A stretch of 64,000 nt of DNA from an uncultured Rivularia sp. (GTDB taxonomy: Bacteria > Cyanobacteriota > Cyanobacteriia > Cyanobacteriales > Nostocaceae), in NCBI GenBank assembly GCA_963665115.1, contig OY762007.1, forward strand, positions 5,088,001 through 5,152,000, given 5' to 3'. Below are positions 1 to 9,773 of the stretch, piece by piece (within the stretch, counting starts at the first letter, position 1; the number at the start of each line of letters is the position of its first letter). Both the position numbers and the translations under genes were made by a program. Below the pieces are notes generated by a model. That model made no database searches. It saw only the letters and a list, made by a program, of their open reading frames with translations, and was not told the origin of the DNA.

Positions 1-383
1 ACCAAAGGGCTGATGTTGTTAAACTTTTAATTCCACCTTGGCAATCAATACAAGTAATTCGTCGCGAGGGGGGATTTGGTATTGGTGCTAAAACGGAATT
101 TCGCTTGTTCTTGGGACCGTTATCTATCACTTGGGTAGCCTGTCATACTCAAAGTGAAGAATATAGCTTTTTTATTGAAGAACAAACATCGGGACCTTTT
201 GAATTCTGGCGACATCACCATAAGTTTGAATCAGAAAATGGTAAAACTCGATTAACTGATGAAATTACTTTTTCATTACCCGGTGGTGAATCGGTTGATT
301 TCATGAGTGGTTGGTTGATGAAATCGCAGTTAGACGGAATGTTTCGTTATCGTCATCAAGTTACGAAACAAGAGTGTGAGTGA
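1..383 (+). CDS. SRPBCC (cyclase/dehydrase-like) family protein, 5' end outside window
   Basis: Frame open from position 3 (QRADVVKLLIPPW...); motifs GPFEFWRHHHKF and MFRYRH typical of this family. Confidence 0.75.
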   Translation, partial: QRADVVKLLIPPWQSIQVIRREGGFGIGAKTEFRLFLGPLSITWVACHTQSEEYSFFIEEQTSGPFEFWRHHHKFESENGKTRLTDEITFSLPGGESVDFMSGWLMKSQLDGMFRYRHQVTKQECE

Positions 384-791
384 GTTATCAATTAACAATT
401 AACAATTGTGAAAATAGGACTTATAGTTGTAAATTGTAGAATCAAATATTACATCAACTATAAAACATTCACTGTTTCTTGTTTGAGGGTGATTGAACGT
501 AACCTCACCTCATACAGAATTTGTATTAGACAGGGACAAAGTAATTGCAGTCCGAAGCGATAGTCTTCAAGGTGATGATAAAACTTACTTTTATTACATA
601 TCTTACTAAAAAACGCTTTTTTAAATTAAAAGATAGAGTACTTTTCTGACTTTTTTTAAGTATTTATAACATTGATTTACTGTTAATATTTGACTTGACA
701 CTTGATTACTTTGCGATTTTAGGATGTTGATGAATTATATTTCTCAACAAGAAGATCGCGATTATGTTTTTGAACTTATTGAGAGGAATCT

Positions 792-1862
792 ATGACACAG
801 TTAGCGTCAAAGCCAGACACAAAGGTGTGGACTAAGGAACTTGTGCAGAAACATGCTCAAACCGCAGTTATTGTAGAACTTTACACTTTACCTTTCTATC
901 TCACAGCGTTGTCATCCATCAAATACAAGCAAAGCGATGCTTATAAATCTCTTTTGAGTATTTGCATTGAAGAGATGCTTCATCTCCAGTTAGCAGCAAA
1001 TCTTTGTATTGCACTCGATACACAACCAATATTTGAAGCCCCGAAGTATGGTACTCCTATTAATTACTTAGAACCTGATAATAAAGATACCGGGGATAAT
1101 AAGCTAATTAATGCCGAGTTGAGTGCTTTTAATCTAAAAACTCTTGACATCATGCTTGATATCGAGACTCCTAATGGTTTAGAAGAGCATCGTCATGGAG
1201 AACAAGGAAGGATTAGAAAATTGATTGATCGGGTTGAACATCCTTTGCACAAAAAGTGGAATATGGATAAACACGACACTCCAGATTATCCTTACTCCTC
1301 TATTGGTGAAATGTATGATGCGCTGATGACTGGAATAACAAAGGTTGGAAGATATGAATTTTCTTGGGATACTACAAATCAGCAACAAACTTGGAATCAG
1401 ACACAGCAATTCAAACAGATTATTGCTAATTTTAGCGATGCAGAAGAAGCTGTTAAAACTATTAGCTTACAGGGTGAAGGTACAAGTGCAAGTAAAGAGA
1501 AAGTCATGGTACCCGAACATTATCGTTTAGAACATGATTTAGATACTCATCTTTTAAACGAGTATTCTCACTACGAACGACTATTAAAAATTAAAGAGCA
1601 AGGTCTTCCTAATACTTATTCTGTCGTCAATGACGCACAAAATAAAGAAGAGCAGGACAAAGCTTTGGAAAGTCTTCAGGGTAGCTTTCGTCTATTCCTC
1701 TATGAGATGGATGAGATATGGAATAAAGGTAAAGTTATCAATGATGAGAAGGCTTTTTGGGGGATAATGAAGAATGTTTTAATGCCATACCTTGAAGATT
1801 GCTGGAAAAGTGGTGTAATTCCTAAGTGGTCACCTGAAAAAGATTCTTTAAACAAAAAATAA
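792..1862 (+). CDS. Stand-alone ferritin-like (VioB C-terminal-type) protein
   Basis: VELYTLPFYLTA, IEEMLHL, SIGEMY, QGEG and SHYERL motifs; GAGG ribosome-binding site upstream. Confidence 0.7.
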   Translation: MTQLASKPDTKVWTKELVQKHAQTAVIVELYTLPFYLTALSSIKYKQSDAYKSLLSICIEEMLHLQLAANLCIALDTQPIFEAPKYGTPINYLEPDNKDTGDNKLINAELSAFNLKTLDIMLDIETPNGLEEHRHGEQGRIRKLIDRVEHPLHKKWNMDKHDTPDYPYSSIGEMYDALMTGITKVGRYEFSWDTTNQQQTWNQTQQFKQIIANFSDAEEAVKTISLQGEGTSASKEKVMVPEHYRLEHDLDTHLLNEYSHYERLLKIKEQGLPNTYSVVNDAQNKEEQDKALESLQGSFRLFLYEMDEIWNKGKVINDEKAFWGIMKNVLMPYLEDCWKSGVIPKWSPEKDSLNKK

Positions 1863-2295
1863 GATTGTTGAACTAAGAATCGCTGAAGCTTCAGTCCCTT
1901 GAAAAAGTTTCAACTAATTAATTTTCTCTTGAGTACTTAAACAGGCTCCGATGATAAACCTGGTTTCTCTAGGAATTTCAGTTATTTAAACTTACTGTTT
2001 TCCTATAAACCAGGTTTAACTGCGTAAATATTTAAATACAGTACTTCTCATCCGGGAACAAAGCGCAATACATTTTTTCCTTAGCTCTACGAATCGCAAT
2101 CATTTTATCAAAATTATTCTTTTAGTAAAGAAAATATGAAAATATGTGCAAGATAGTTGTATTTAATTATTTTGCACATCATAATACTTATAGTTTTTCA
2201 TCAGCAATAACACCGATCTATCACGCTATAAGCAAAGATGTTATGGCGGTGATTTTCCTGTTAATTGTTTTGTAAGTATTATTTGTAAATATAAA

Positions 2296-3051
2296 TTGAA
2301 TATGATTTTTTTAAATCGTGAGTTGGCTCGCCGAAAAGCTTTAAAATCAGCTTTGGTGAGTAGTATTTTGTTGTTTAATATGAAATCATCATTAGCAAAT
2401 CCAAATATAGAAGAAAAAACTGAAAATACAGATTCTGGAAGTAAAAATTCTCATCAGCTTGCTAAAAATAAAGTCTGCCCGTCTGCAAATATATTACCTA
2501 TACGTTCTTTTAATACAGCAAAATATTACGTTTATATTTGTAGGGGAGATAATAAAAATCCTTTAGGATATTACGTTCGTATACCCAAGAATTTAGACAA
2601 CAAAATAACGGTACCTGTTACTAAAAAAGCCAGAGAAACTTATATTGCTATTAATGGTGAAGTCGCGTATATAGTTACCCCGTATGAAATGGTCATAACT
2701 AAACGCGGTCGGATTATTCACAGAGAAAAAGTCATAACTGCCGTGCAAGCAGATGGTAAATCTTTAGCAAAAGGTTGTCCTGAAGGAAATAATACTTTTG
2801 CTCAAGCAGAAACCAAAAACTTCTTTATTTATATTTGTGGTAGCGAAAATCCCAGTAGTTATGTAAGCGTTACTAGAAAGAGCAATAAAAGAATTAATCT
2901 TCCATTAACTTTAGGGAATCAAAACGATGCAAAAGCCAATCGATACGTAGCTACAAACGGTAATATACGTTTTGTTCTTACTAACAAAGTATTAAGAGTT
3001 TCTCGTGGTGGTAAAAATGTAGTCAAAGAGAAAGTTTTGAAGTGGGAGTGA
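2296..3051 (+). CDS. Exported hypothetical protein with two internal ~85-aa repeats
   Basis: Signal-like N-terminus; repeats CP..FNTAKYYVYIC..YIAING and CP..AETKNFFIYIC..YVATNG. Confidence 0.7.
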   Translation: MNMIFLNRELARRKALKSALVSSILLFNMKSSLANPNIEEKTENTDSGSKNSHQLAKNKVCPSANILPIRSFNTAKYYVYICRGDNKNPLGYYVRIPKNLDNKITVPVTKKARETYIAINGEVAYIVTPYEMVITKRGRIIHREKVITAVQADGKSLAKGCPEGNNTFAQAETKNFFIYICGSENPSSYVSVTRKSNKRINLPLTLGNQNDAKANRYVATNGNIRFVLTNKVLRVSRGGKNVVKEKVLKWE

Positions 3052-3178
3052 GGGAGAGGGGGAGATGGGGATGGGGAGACAAGGGGACAAGGGGACAAGG
3101 AGATAGTAGTGCGAGCATCTTGCTCGTTAGTCCAAGCAAGAAAGATGCTCGCACTATTTAATGCCCAATGCCCAATGC

Positions 3179-4120
3179 TCAATGCCCAATCCCCAATTGC
3201 TCACTGCTCGCTGATTCAATCCAGTCTAAAATCACTTTATTTACTTGTTCGGGACATTCATAATGAGGAAAATGTCCGACATTTTTGAAGGTAAGTAGCT
3301 GTATATTTTCGTTGTGACGAACGAATTCGGAAGCAAGTTTCGGAGGAATAATTTTGTCTTTGTCTCCCCAAATCATCAGGGTGGGTATTGTCAAGCTTGA
3401 TAATAATTTTTTGACATTAGGACTGTAATTTGGATTATTTTGAGCTATCACAAGAGCAGTTAAAGCATTCGCTGCACCTCTATCTTGAGTAGGCTTAGCT
3501 AATATGTCTATGAGTTCATCGGTAACAGCTTTAGGATTTGCATAAGCTAAAGTCGCGCCACGACGCAACATACTAGGTTGACGTATAAAGTGAAATACTG
3601 ATTTTACTAGTAAAGGGTTTGCAACAACATTTTTGATTGTTACAACCAAGGGATATAAAAATGCAGGAATAGCTTCTTTTTCTAAATTTGGGTCTGGTAA
3701 ACTCATCATTACCAAACCTTCAACCATTTCAGGGTATTTTACGGCTGCGGCTAAGGAAATCAAAGAACCGATAGAATTACCTATTAGTATTACTGGTTTA
3801 CGAACAAAAGTTTTCCAAAAGTCGTATATCTGCTCTACCCATAAATCTATGCTGTAATTAGCTGGTGCTTTTTCTGAAGCTCCAAAACCTAGCATATCCA
3901 GAGCGTAAACCGTATGTTCTTTTCCAAATATTTCTAAATTATGTTGCCAATAACCAATGCTTGCACCAAATGCATGTAGCAACATCAAAGGCTTAGATGC
4001 ACCGGAATTATTTTTTCTCGGATTTTGAGGACGGATATACGTATACCGAGTTTGCCAACCTCGCCAAACCCAATCTCGTTGATTTCCAACTTTTTGTTGC
4101 CAATTGACGCTGCTAACCAT
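3179..4120 (-). CDS. Alpha/beta fold hydrolase
   Basis: LLHAFGAS, DMLGFG, nucleophile elbow GNSIG, WGDKD and GHFPH motifs. Confidence 0.9.
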   Translation of the reverse strand: MVSSVNWQQKVGNQRDWVWRGWQTRYTYIRPQNPRKNNSGASKPLMLLHAFGASIGYWQHNLEIFGKEHTVYALDMLGFGASEKAPANYSIDLWVEQIYDFWKTFVRKPVILIGNSIGSLISLAAAVKYPEMVEGLVMMSLPDPNLEKEAIPAFLYPLVVTIKNVVANPLLVKSVFHFIRQPSMLRRGATLAYANPKAVTDELIDILAKPTQDRGAANALTALVIAQNNPNYSPNVKKLLSSLTIPTLMIWGDKDKIIPPKLASEFVRHNENIQLLTFKNVGHFPHYECPEQVNKVILDWIESASSEQLGIGH

Positions 4121-4535
4121 TAAGAATTCTCTAAAACAGCATTTATTTTTATTATAGTTTTCTGCCCAGAAGCCGTCTAAATTAAATTTTCTATTTGAGT
4201 AGCGATTATAGGGCTTAGCCCTTTAGATATATGTAATTTAAATCTCACGGTGTTATCATGTGAATATACGTAATATATGCGGCGTTAATGTTTTTACACA
4301 AAAAATTACAATAATTAATGTTTGCTGTAATTATGTAACTTCTATTGACTTATAGAGCTAAACCCTCTGCAAAGTTAGTAGAATATAAATAGGTACCAAC
4401 ACTTTTATTTTTATGAATTGTTATCCTAGAAATACAAGGATACTTAATTCAAGGTTCCACTAGTTTCTGAGTCTGAGATATCTCATTCCACACCCAAAAC
4501 CAAATTCTTAACAATAACTTCCCCAAAAATCATAT

Positions 4536-5069
4536 ATGCCTGTGATAGAGAAAAGAAGAAGTCGCGACCTGCCTCAAATCAATGAAAGAATTCGCTTCCC
4601 GAAAATTCGGGTTATCGATACAGATGGTGCCCAGTTGGGAATTATGACTCCCCAAGACGCACTAACTAGAGCGGATGAAAAAGATTTAGATTTAGTGTTG
4701 GTTAGCGATAAAGCCGATCCGCCGGTTTGTCGGATTATGGATTATGGGAAATTCAAGTTCGAGCAAGAGAAGAAAGCGCGAGAAGCTCGTAAAAAGCAGC
4801 ATACGGCTGATGTCAAAGAAGTGAAGATGCGCTACAAGATAGAAGATCATGATTACAACGTGCGCGTGAACCAAGCCAAGCGTTTTCTTAAAGATGGTGA
4901 CAAGGTGAAAGCCACGGTTATGTTCCGAGGGCGGGAAATTCAGCACACCGATTTAGCAGAAATTTTACTTAAGCGAATGGCGACGGATTTAGAAGCTGTA
5001 GCTGAAGTACAGCAATACCCGAAAAAAGAAGGAAGAAACATGATGATGTTGCTTTCTCCTAAGAAGTAA
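4536..5069 (+). CDS. infC: Translation initiation factor IF-3
   Basis: [24 protein letters not shown] and FRGRE motifs. Confidence 0.98.
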   Translation: MPVIEKRRSRDLPQINERIRFPKIRVIDTDGAQLGIMTPQDALTRADEKDLDLVLVSDKADPPVCRIMDYGKFKFEQEKKAREARKKQHTADVKEVKMRYKIEDHDYNVRVNQAKRFLKDGDKVKATVMFRGREIQHTDLAEILLKRMATDLEAVAEVQQYPKKEGRNMMMLLSPKK

Positions 5070-5165
5070 TTTCGAGCGGACTTATGCGAAGCCTTTTAAA
5101 TAAAGGGGTTGCAGCGATACAAGTTAAAGTATACGTAAGTCCTATTTAAGATAAATATCAATCTC

Positions 5166-5212
5166 AAGGAAGCAATACCAATGCTAATTAGCCACTGGTA
5201 TTGCTTCTTTTT
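5166..5212 (+). terminator. Probable intrinsic terminator after infC
   Basis: Inverted repeat GAAGCAATACCA...TGGTATTGCTTC followed by a T run. Confidence 0.6.
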
Positions 5213-5264
5213 ATCGTTTTATTCTTTATTATCTGCTTTTACGGATGCGTAAGGTACGAAAAAA

Positions 5265-5428
5265 TACTCCCTACTCCCTACTCCCTACTCTCTACTCTCT
5301 ACTTTCTACTCCCCACTCCCAACTCCCTACTTTCTACTCCCCACTCCCAACTCCCCACTCCCCACTCCCTACTTGCTACTTGCTACTTGCTACTCTCTAC
5401 TTTCTACTCCCTACTCCCCACTCCCCAT
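5265..5428. repeat. STRR heptamer array (CTACTCC and variants)
   Basis: Tandem 7-bp units seen directly. Confidence 0.9.
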
Positions 5429-5639
5429 ATTCCTCAAAAGAAAACTAATTCCAAATTAATTTAAAAAAACGATAGTCTTGGTGCACGATTGGGAAAACTA
5501 ATAGTCAGTTGCTCGGCACTTTCGTAGTTTCTAGGATTTTGTTGTCACGGGGAGATGGTTTTTATCTCCAGTTTTCTATAAATCTAGTTGTGGAAGTCCG
5601 AGTGAGTGAACGGTACGGATAAAATTATATGGTGCAGGG

Positions 5640-8600
5640 GTGTCTACAGCCTCTCAAAGCCGCATGGAATTAAAAGTTGCCTATAAAAACATTTTAATAC
5701 GAGTACTTAGGTGGGTAAATCTTCGACCGGAAGAGGCTCCTCGAACATTACTGATGTTTGCTTTTTACGCCACAACCTCAGTTGGATTGAGATGGGTAGA
5801 AGATAGCAGTATCGCTTTATTTCTGGATAAATACGGAGCTGAGACTCTACCGTGGATTTACATTGCTAGCGCAGTCGTTGGAATTGCGTTAGTTTTCCTC
5901 TACTCTTGGCTGCAAAAGATTTTTCCTATGCGATGGGTAATTGTAGCTGCTTTACCCTGCATGGTAATACCATTAATTTTACTGCCTGTAATTCTGCAAA
6001 TTACTTTGTCTACGAATTTACAAGCTTCACAGTTAGCTTTATTTAGCGTATTTTTATTAAGGCTTTGGGTTGATGCCCTTTACGTTATCAATCAGATCAA
6101 TACTTCTATTGCAGCAAATCAGTTATTTAACATCCAGGAGATTAAGCGTACTTATCCTTTGGTAAGCAGTGGAGTTTTAGTTGCGGATGTAATTGGGGGC
6201 TTTAGCTTACCAACTTTAGTCAGATTTCTCAAGTTGGATAAAATCATTTTGATTGGGGCTTTAGTTATTGTCTTAGGTACGTCCATTCTTTTGCATTTAA
6301 GCAAAAAATATCCTCAAGCTTTTTCGGATATTACGCAACGACAAATTAATAAATCGCAAGTTTCCCGCGCTCGTCGTCTCTCCAGCCCTTTAAGACGTTA
6401 TGCATTCCGATTATTTTTATTTGGGCTTTTGATACAGGCAATAGGTTTGTTAGTAGATTTTCAGTATCTATCTCAATTAGAATCCACTTTTCAAGGTAAA
6501 GAAATTACTAGCTTCTTAGGGTTATTTGGTGGAACCTTGGGGCTGTTTGAACTTGCAACGCAGTTATTTGTCTCTAGTCGTGCGATCGAACGTTTGGGAG
6601 TATTTTTTACTACTGCAATTTTGCCTGTTGGCGTAGGTGCTTTATTAATAGTGCTGGCAGTATTATCTTCCTTATCAATGACTTCAGCCTTTTTTGGTTG
6701 GAAAATACCTATATCGCTGCTGTGGGGTTTAACGCTGATTAAGTTTCTAGATGAACTTGTGCGTTATACCTTCGTAGCCAATACAGGTACTTTGTTGTTT
6801 CAACCGATACCTGAAAAAGTTAGAAGTCGCGTACAAACATTATCGGGAGGCTTTGCCGAAGCCGCTGCTGCGGGTCTTGCAGGATTTATTATTTTAGTTA
6901 CCCAATGGATTTCAACTCATTTTATATCCGTAGATTGGCAAAACTTAGTCCTAATTATAGAAACCGCAATAGTTGCCATTATATGCGTAGGAGTAATTTG
7001 GGTATTGCGATCGCAGTACGTGGATCTATTAGTTTTAAGCGCAGATAGTGGACAGTTAAGCGTTACAAATATTGATTTACCTTTCTTTAAACGGGCTGTA
7101 ATTAAGGCTTTACGAGAAAAAGGAAATGAGGCTGATAAACATTCTTGCATAGAACTTTTATCGCAGATCGATCCCCAAGGAGCAGGAGAAGTATTAGCGC
7201 CACAATTACCAATGCTTACTCCTGCTTTGCAGCATAAAAGTTTGCAAGTGATGCTTGAATATGATGTAAATCCGACTTATTTGCCTCAAATACGGAATTT
7301 ATTAGAAAACTCTCTTTCCAAAGCCAATCCGAATATATTTGCTTTAGCACTACGTTACGTTTTCCTTGCAGAACTTTCTCCAAATTCAGATCGACTAGAA
7401 GTATATTTAGATCCCGAACAAAATCCTGTGATTCGAGGTACAGCTGCGGCATTATTATTAACTCAAGGGACAACAAAGCAAAAAGTTGCCGCAACCAAAA
7501 CTCTCCAATGGATGCTGACTAATGAAGAAGAAGAAATACGAGCTTTGGGAGTTAAATCTTTAACGGAAGCAGCTTACTTACAATCTCTAAGGATTTATAT
7601 TCCTTCATTATTGGAGGATGAATCTTTAAGGGTACGCAGCGCAGTTCTAGAAATGATTGCTGCAAACCATTTAGAAGAGCATTATTCAGCATTAATAAAA
7701 GGGCTTCACTATAAATCCACCCGGTTAGTAGTAATGAAAAGCTTAGTAAAACTGGGGAATGAAGTTTTACCAATGCTGTCAAACTTAGTACACGATTTTT
7801 ACGAACCGGAAATAGCGCGAGTATATGCTTTGCGAACAATGAGTCAAATTGAGACTTTAGAAGCAAGTGATACCTTGTGGCATCATTTGGAAACATCTAG
7901 GGGTAAAATCAAATCCCATATACTCCGTGTTTTACTCAAAAGACATCAGCAACATGGAATATCTGCTTTGGTAGATAGATCCTATGAAACCAGAGTGCAA
8001 GCATTAATAGAAGGAGAATTAATATTATTAAGCCAGATATACGCTGCCTCCGTAGACTTTAAATCTCAAGGTGAAGTATACGCAGCTTATATAGAATTTA
8101 AAACGGGAGAAACCATGCAAAACTTTCACTCTAAAAAAAAGGTTGTAGCTTTATGTAGGCTGGTTCAAAAAGCTATTTCAGAACTAGAAATTGATATCAA
8201 AGAACGGTTATTTTTGCTTTTAAAATTGCTTTATCCCTTAGACAAAATTAATGCAGCAGCATTTAACCTCAATTCCGAATCGCAAGTAACTGTAGCAAGA
8301 GGCTTAGAGATTCTAGAGCATACGATCAACTTACCTTCCAAAAATATTTTACTGAGTATTTTTGATAAAAGACCACCCACCGAAAAACTGCAAAAACTTG
8401 TAGAAGCGGGATATACGCAATACGAACAAATGGCAGTAAACGACCGAACTCGAAAATTACTAGAATTAGAAAATTCGCTTTCTGACTGGTGCTGGGCTTG
8501 CTGCATTCACTTTGCCCAAGTTGCTCGTATTAAACTTAAAGCCGTACAAATTGAAGGAAGCTTGCGTCATCCTTGTGGTTTCGTTAGAGAAGCAGCCGTT

Positions 8601-8726
8601 GCATATTTAAGTATTGCATCCCCTCGTTTATTTATAAAAGTTATACCCCAGTTAAAAAAAGATTCGCATCCTCTTGTAATAGCTCAGGTTAATGAATTTA
8701 TCGAAAAATATAAAATTGATAAATAG
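5640..8726 (+). CDS. MFS/NTT (ATP/ADP translocase-like) transporter fused to HEAT repeats
   Basis: Multi-pass hydrophobic N-terminal half with ANQLFNIQEIKRTYPLVSSG; helical HEAT-like C-terminal half; start codon uncertain (5640 or 5664). Confidence 0.8.
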   Translation: MSTASQSRMELKVAYKNILIRVLRWVNLRPEEAPRTLLMFAFYATTSVGLRWVEDSSIALFLDKYGAETLPWIYIASAVVGIALVFLYSWLQKIFPMRWVIVAALPCMVIPLILLPVILQITLSTNLQASQLALFSVFLLRLWVDALYVINQINTSIAANQLFNIQEIKRTYPLVSSGVLVADVIGGFSLPTLVRFLKLDKIILIGALVIVLGTSILLHLSKKYPQAFSDITQRQINKSQVSRARRLSSPLRRYAFRLFLFGLLIQAIGLLVDFQYLSQLESTFQGKEITSFLGLFGGTLGLFELATQLFVSSRAIERLGVFFTTAILPVGVGALLIVLAVLSSLSMTSAFFGWKIPISLLWGLTLIKFLDELVRYTFVANTGTLLFQPIPEKVRSRVQTLSGGFAEAAAAGLAGFIILVTQWISTHFISVDWQNLVLIIETAIVAIICVGVIWVLRSQYVDLLVLSADSGQLSVTNIDLPFFKRAVIKALREKGNEADKHSCIELLSQIDPQGAGEVLAPQLPMLTPALQHKSLQVMLEYDVNPTYLPQIRNLLENSLSKANPNIFALALRYVFLAELSPNSDRLEVYLDPEQNPVIRGTAAALLLTQGTTKQKVAATKTLQWMLTNEEEEIRALGVKSLTEAAYLQSLRIYIPSLLEDESLRVRSAVLEMIAANHLEEHYSALIKGLHYKSTRLVVMKSLVKLGNEVLPMLSNLVHDFYEPEIARVYALRTMSQIETLEASDTLWHHLETSRGKIKSHILRVLLKRHQQHGISALVDRSYETRVQALIEGELILLSQIYAASVDFKSQGEVYAAYIEFKTGETMQNFHSKKKVVALCRLVQKAISELEIDIKERLFLLLKLLYPLDKINAAAFNLNSESQVTVARGLEILEHTINLPSKNILLSIFDKRPPTEKLQKLVEAGYTQYEQMAVNDRTRKLLELENSLSDWCWACCIHFAQVARIKLKAVQIEGSLRHPCGFVREAAVAYLSIASPRLFIKVIPQLKKDSHPLVIAQVNEFIEKYKIDK

Positions 8727-8777
8727 TGGTTAGTGGATAGTTGTTAGTGTTTATTTGTTAAATATATAAAAAATAAA

Positions 8778-9175
8778 ATGGAAAAGTCTAATTTTGAAAA
8801 TTTGAAAGTTTTTCAGTTGTCTGAGCAATTAGCCGACCAAATTTGGAATATTGTTATATTTTGGAATCATTTAGCAACAGATACTGTTGGAAAACAAATT
8901 ATTCGTTCTGCCGATAGTATTGGTGCGAATATTGCAGAAGGTAGCGGCCGCTATATTTTCAAGATAATCTACGATTTGTCAAAATTGCTAGAGCTTCTTC
9001 GCATGAAACAAGATATTGGCTAAGAAGGGCATATGTTCGTAAATTATTAACAAGCCAACAGATTGATACTATTAAGCCTATTGTTGATGAACTATTACCA
9101 AAATTAAATGCCTATTTCAAATATCTAGAAAAAGCAGCAAAACAAGAAAAATCTAAAAAAACAACTATCAACTAA
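8778..9175 (+). CDS. Four-helix-bundle protein (23S rRNA IVP / Avd-like family), one-base frameshift near 8955
   Basis: FENLKVFQ...QIIRSADSIGANIAEGSGRY, continuing in the shifted frame as FQDNLRFVKIARASSHETRYWL to TAA at 9173-9175. Confidence 0.85.
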
Positions 9176-9192
9176 CAACTAACACTAAATTT

Positions 9193-9624
9193 ATGTTAAC
9201 CAGTGTCGATCGTTTATTATTTGTACGTCAAGTTCCGATATTTAAGGAATTACGGGATGATTTTATTGTTCGATTAGCTTCTGCGATGAATGAACTGTGG
9301 TTTCCACCAAATTGCAGTATTTTTCGACAGGGAGAACAAGGACAATCTCTGTATATTGTTGTTTCGGGAAAAGTCAAAATTCATTTAAATAACAGAACGC
9401 TTACTGTTATTCCGCAAGGAAAATATTTTGGTGAAATGGCGGTATTTGATACTCAACCGCGTTCGGCTTCCGCCACTACAATAGATGCTTGTGAATGTTT
9501 GGAATTAACTCAAGAACAACTTGATAATGCTATTGAAGAAACTCCTGAAATTGCAGTCAATATAATTCGCGAACTATCTCGGATAATTCGTAAGTTGAAT
9601 AATGATGGTAGTGGGATGCGGTAA
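9193..9624 (+). CDS. Stand-alone cyclic-nucleotide-binding domain protein
   Basis: FGEMA...PRSASA cNMP-binding motif; no helix-turn-helix. Confidence 0.9.
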   Translation: MLTSVDRLLFVRQVPIFKELRDDFIVRLASAMNELWFPPNCSIFRQGEQGQSLYIVVSGKVKIHLNNRTLTVIPQGKYFGEMAVFDTQPRSASATTIDACECLELTQEQLDNAIEETPEIAVNIIRELSRIIRKLNNDGSGMR

Positions 9625-9773
9625 AACAACAAATATTTGAATTGCTAGGGAGCAAGATGCTCCCACTACTAATCTTAATTACCAAAATTGTAGGGTGAAA
9701 TAAAATTATTAGGTTCGTAGTAAAGACTTTAGTCTTTTATTATCATAGCAGTGACAAGGGCTAGAGCTACTTA

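Noticed and set aside
494..609. Short open frame (NVTSPHTEFVLDRDKVIAVRSD...) that could be a gene remnant
   Set aside because: Under 40 codons, no clear start and no recognisable family
5201..5464. LLPTPYS-rich ORFs, also at 35535..35927
   Set aside because: Stop-free translations of STRR heptamers
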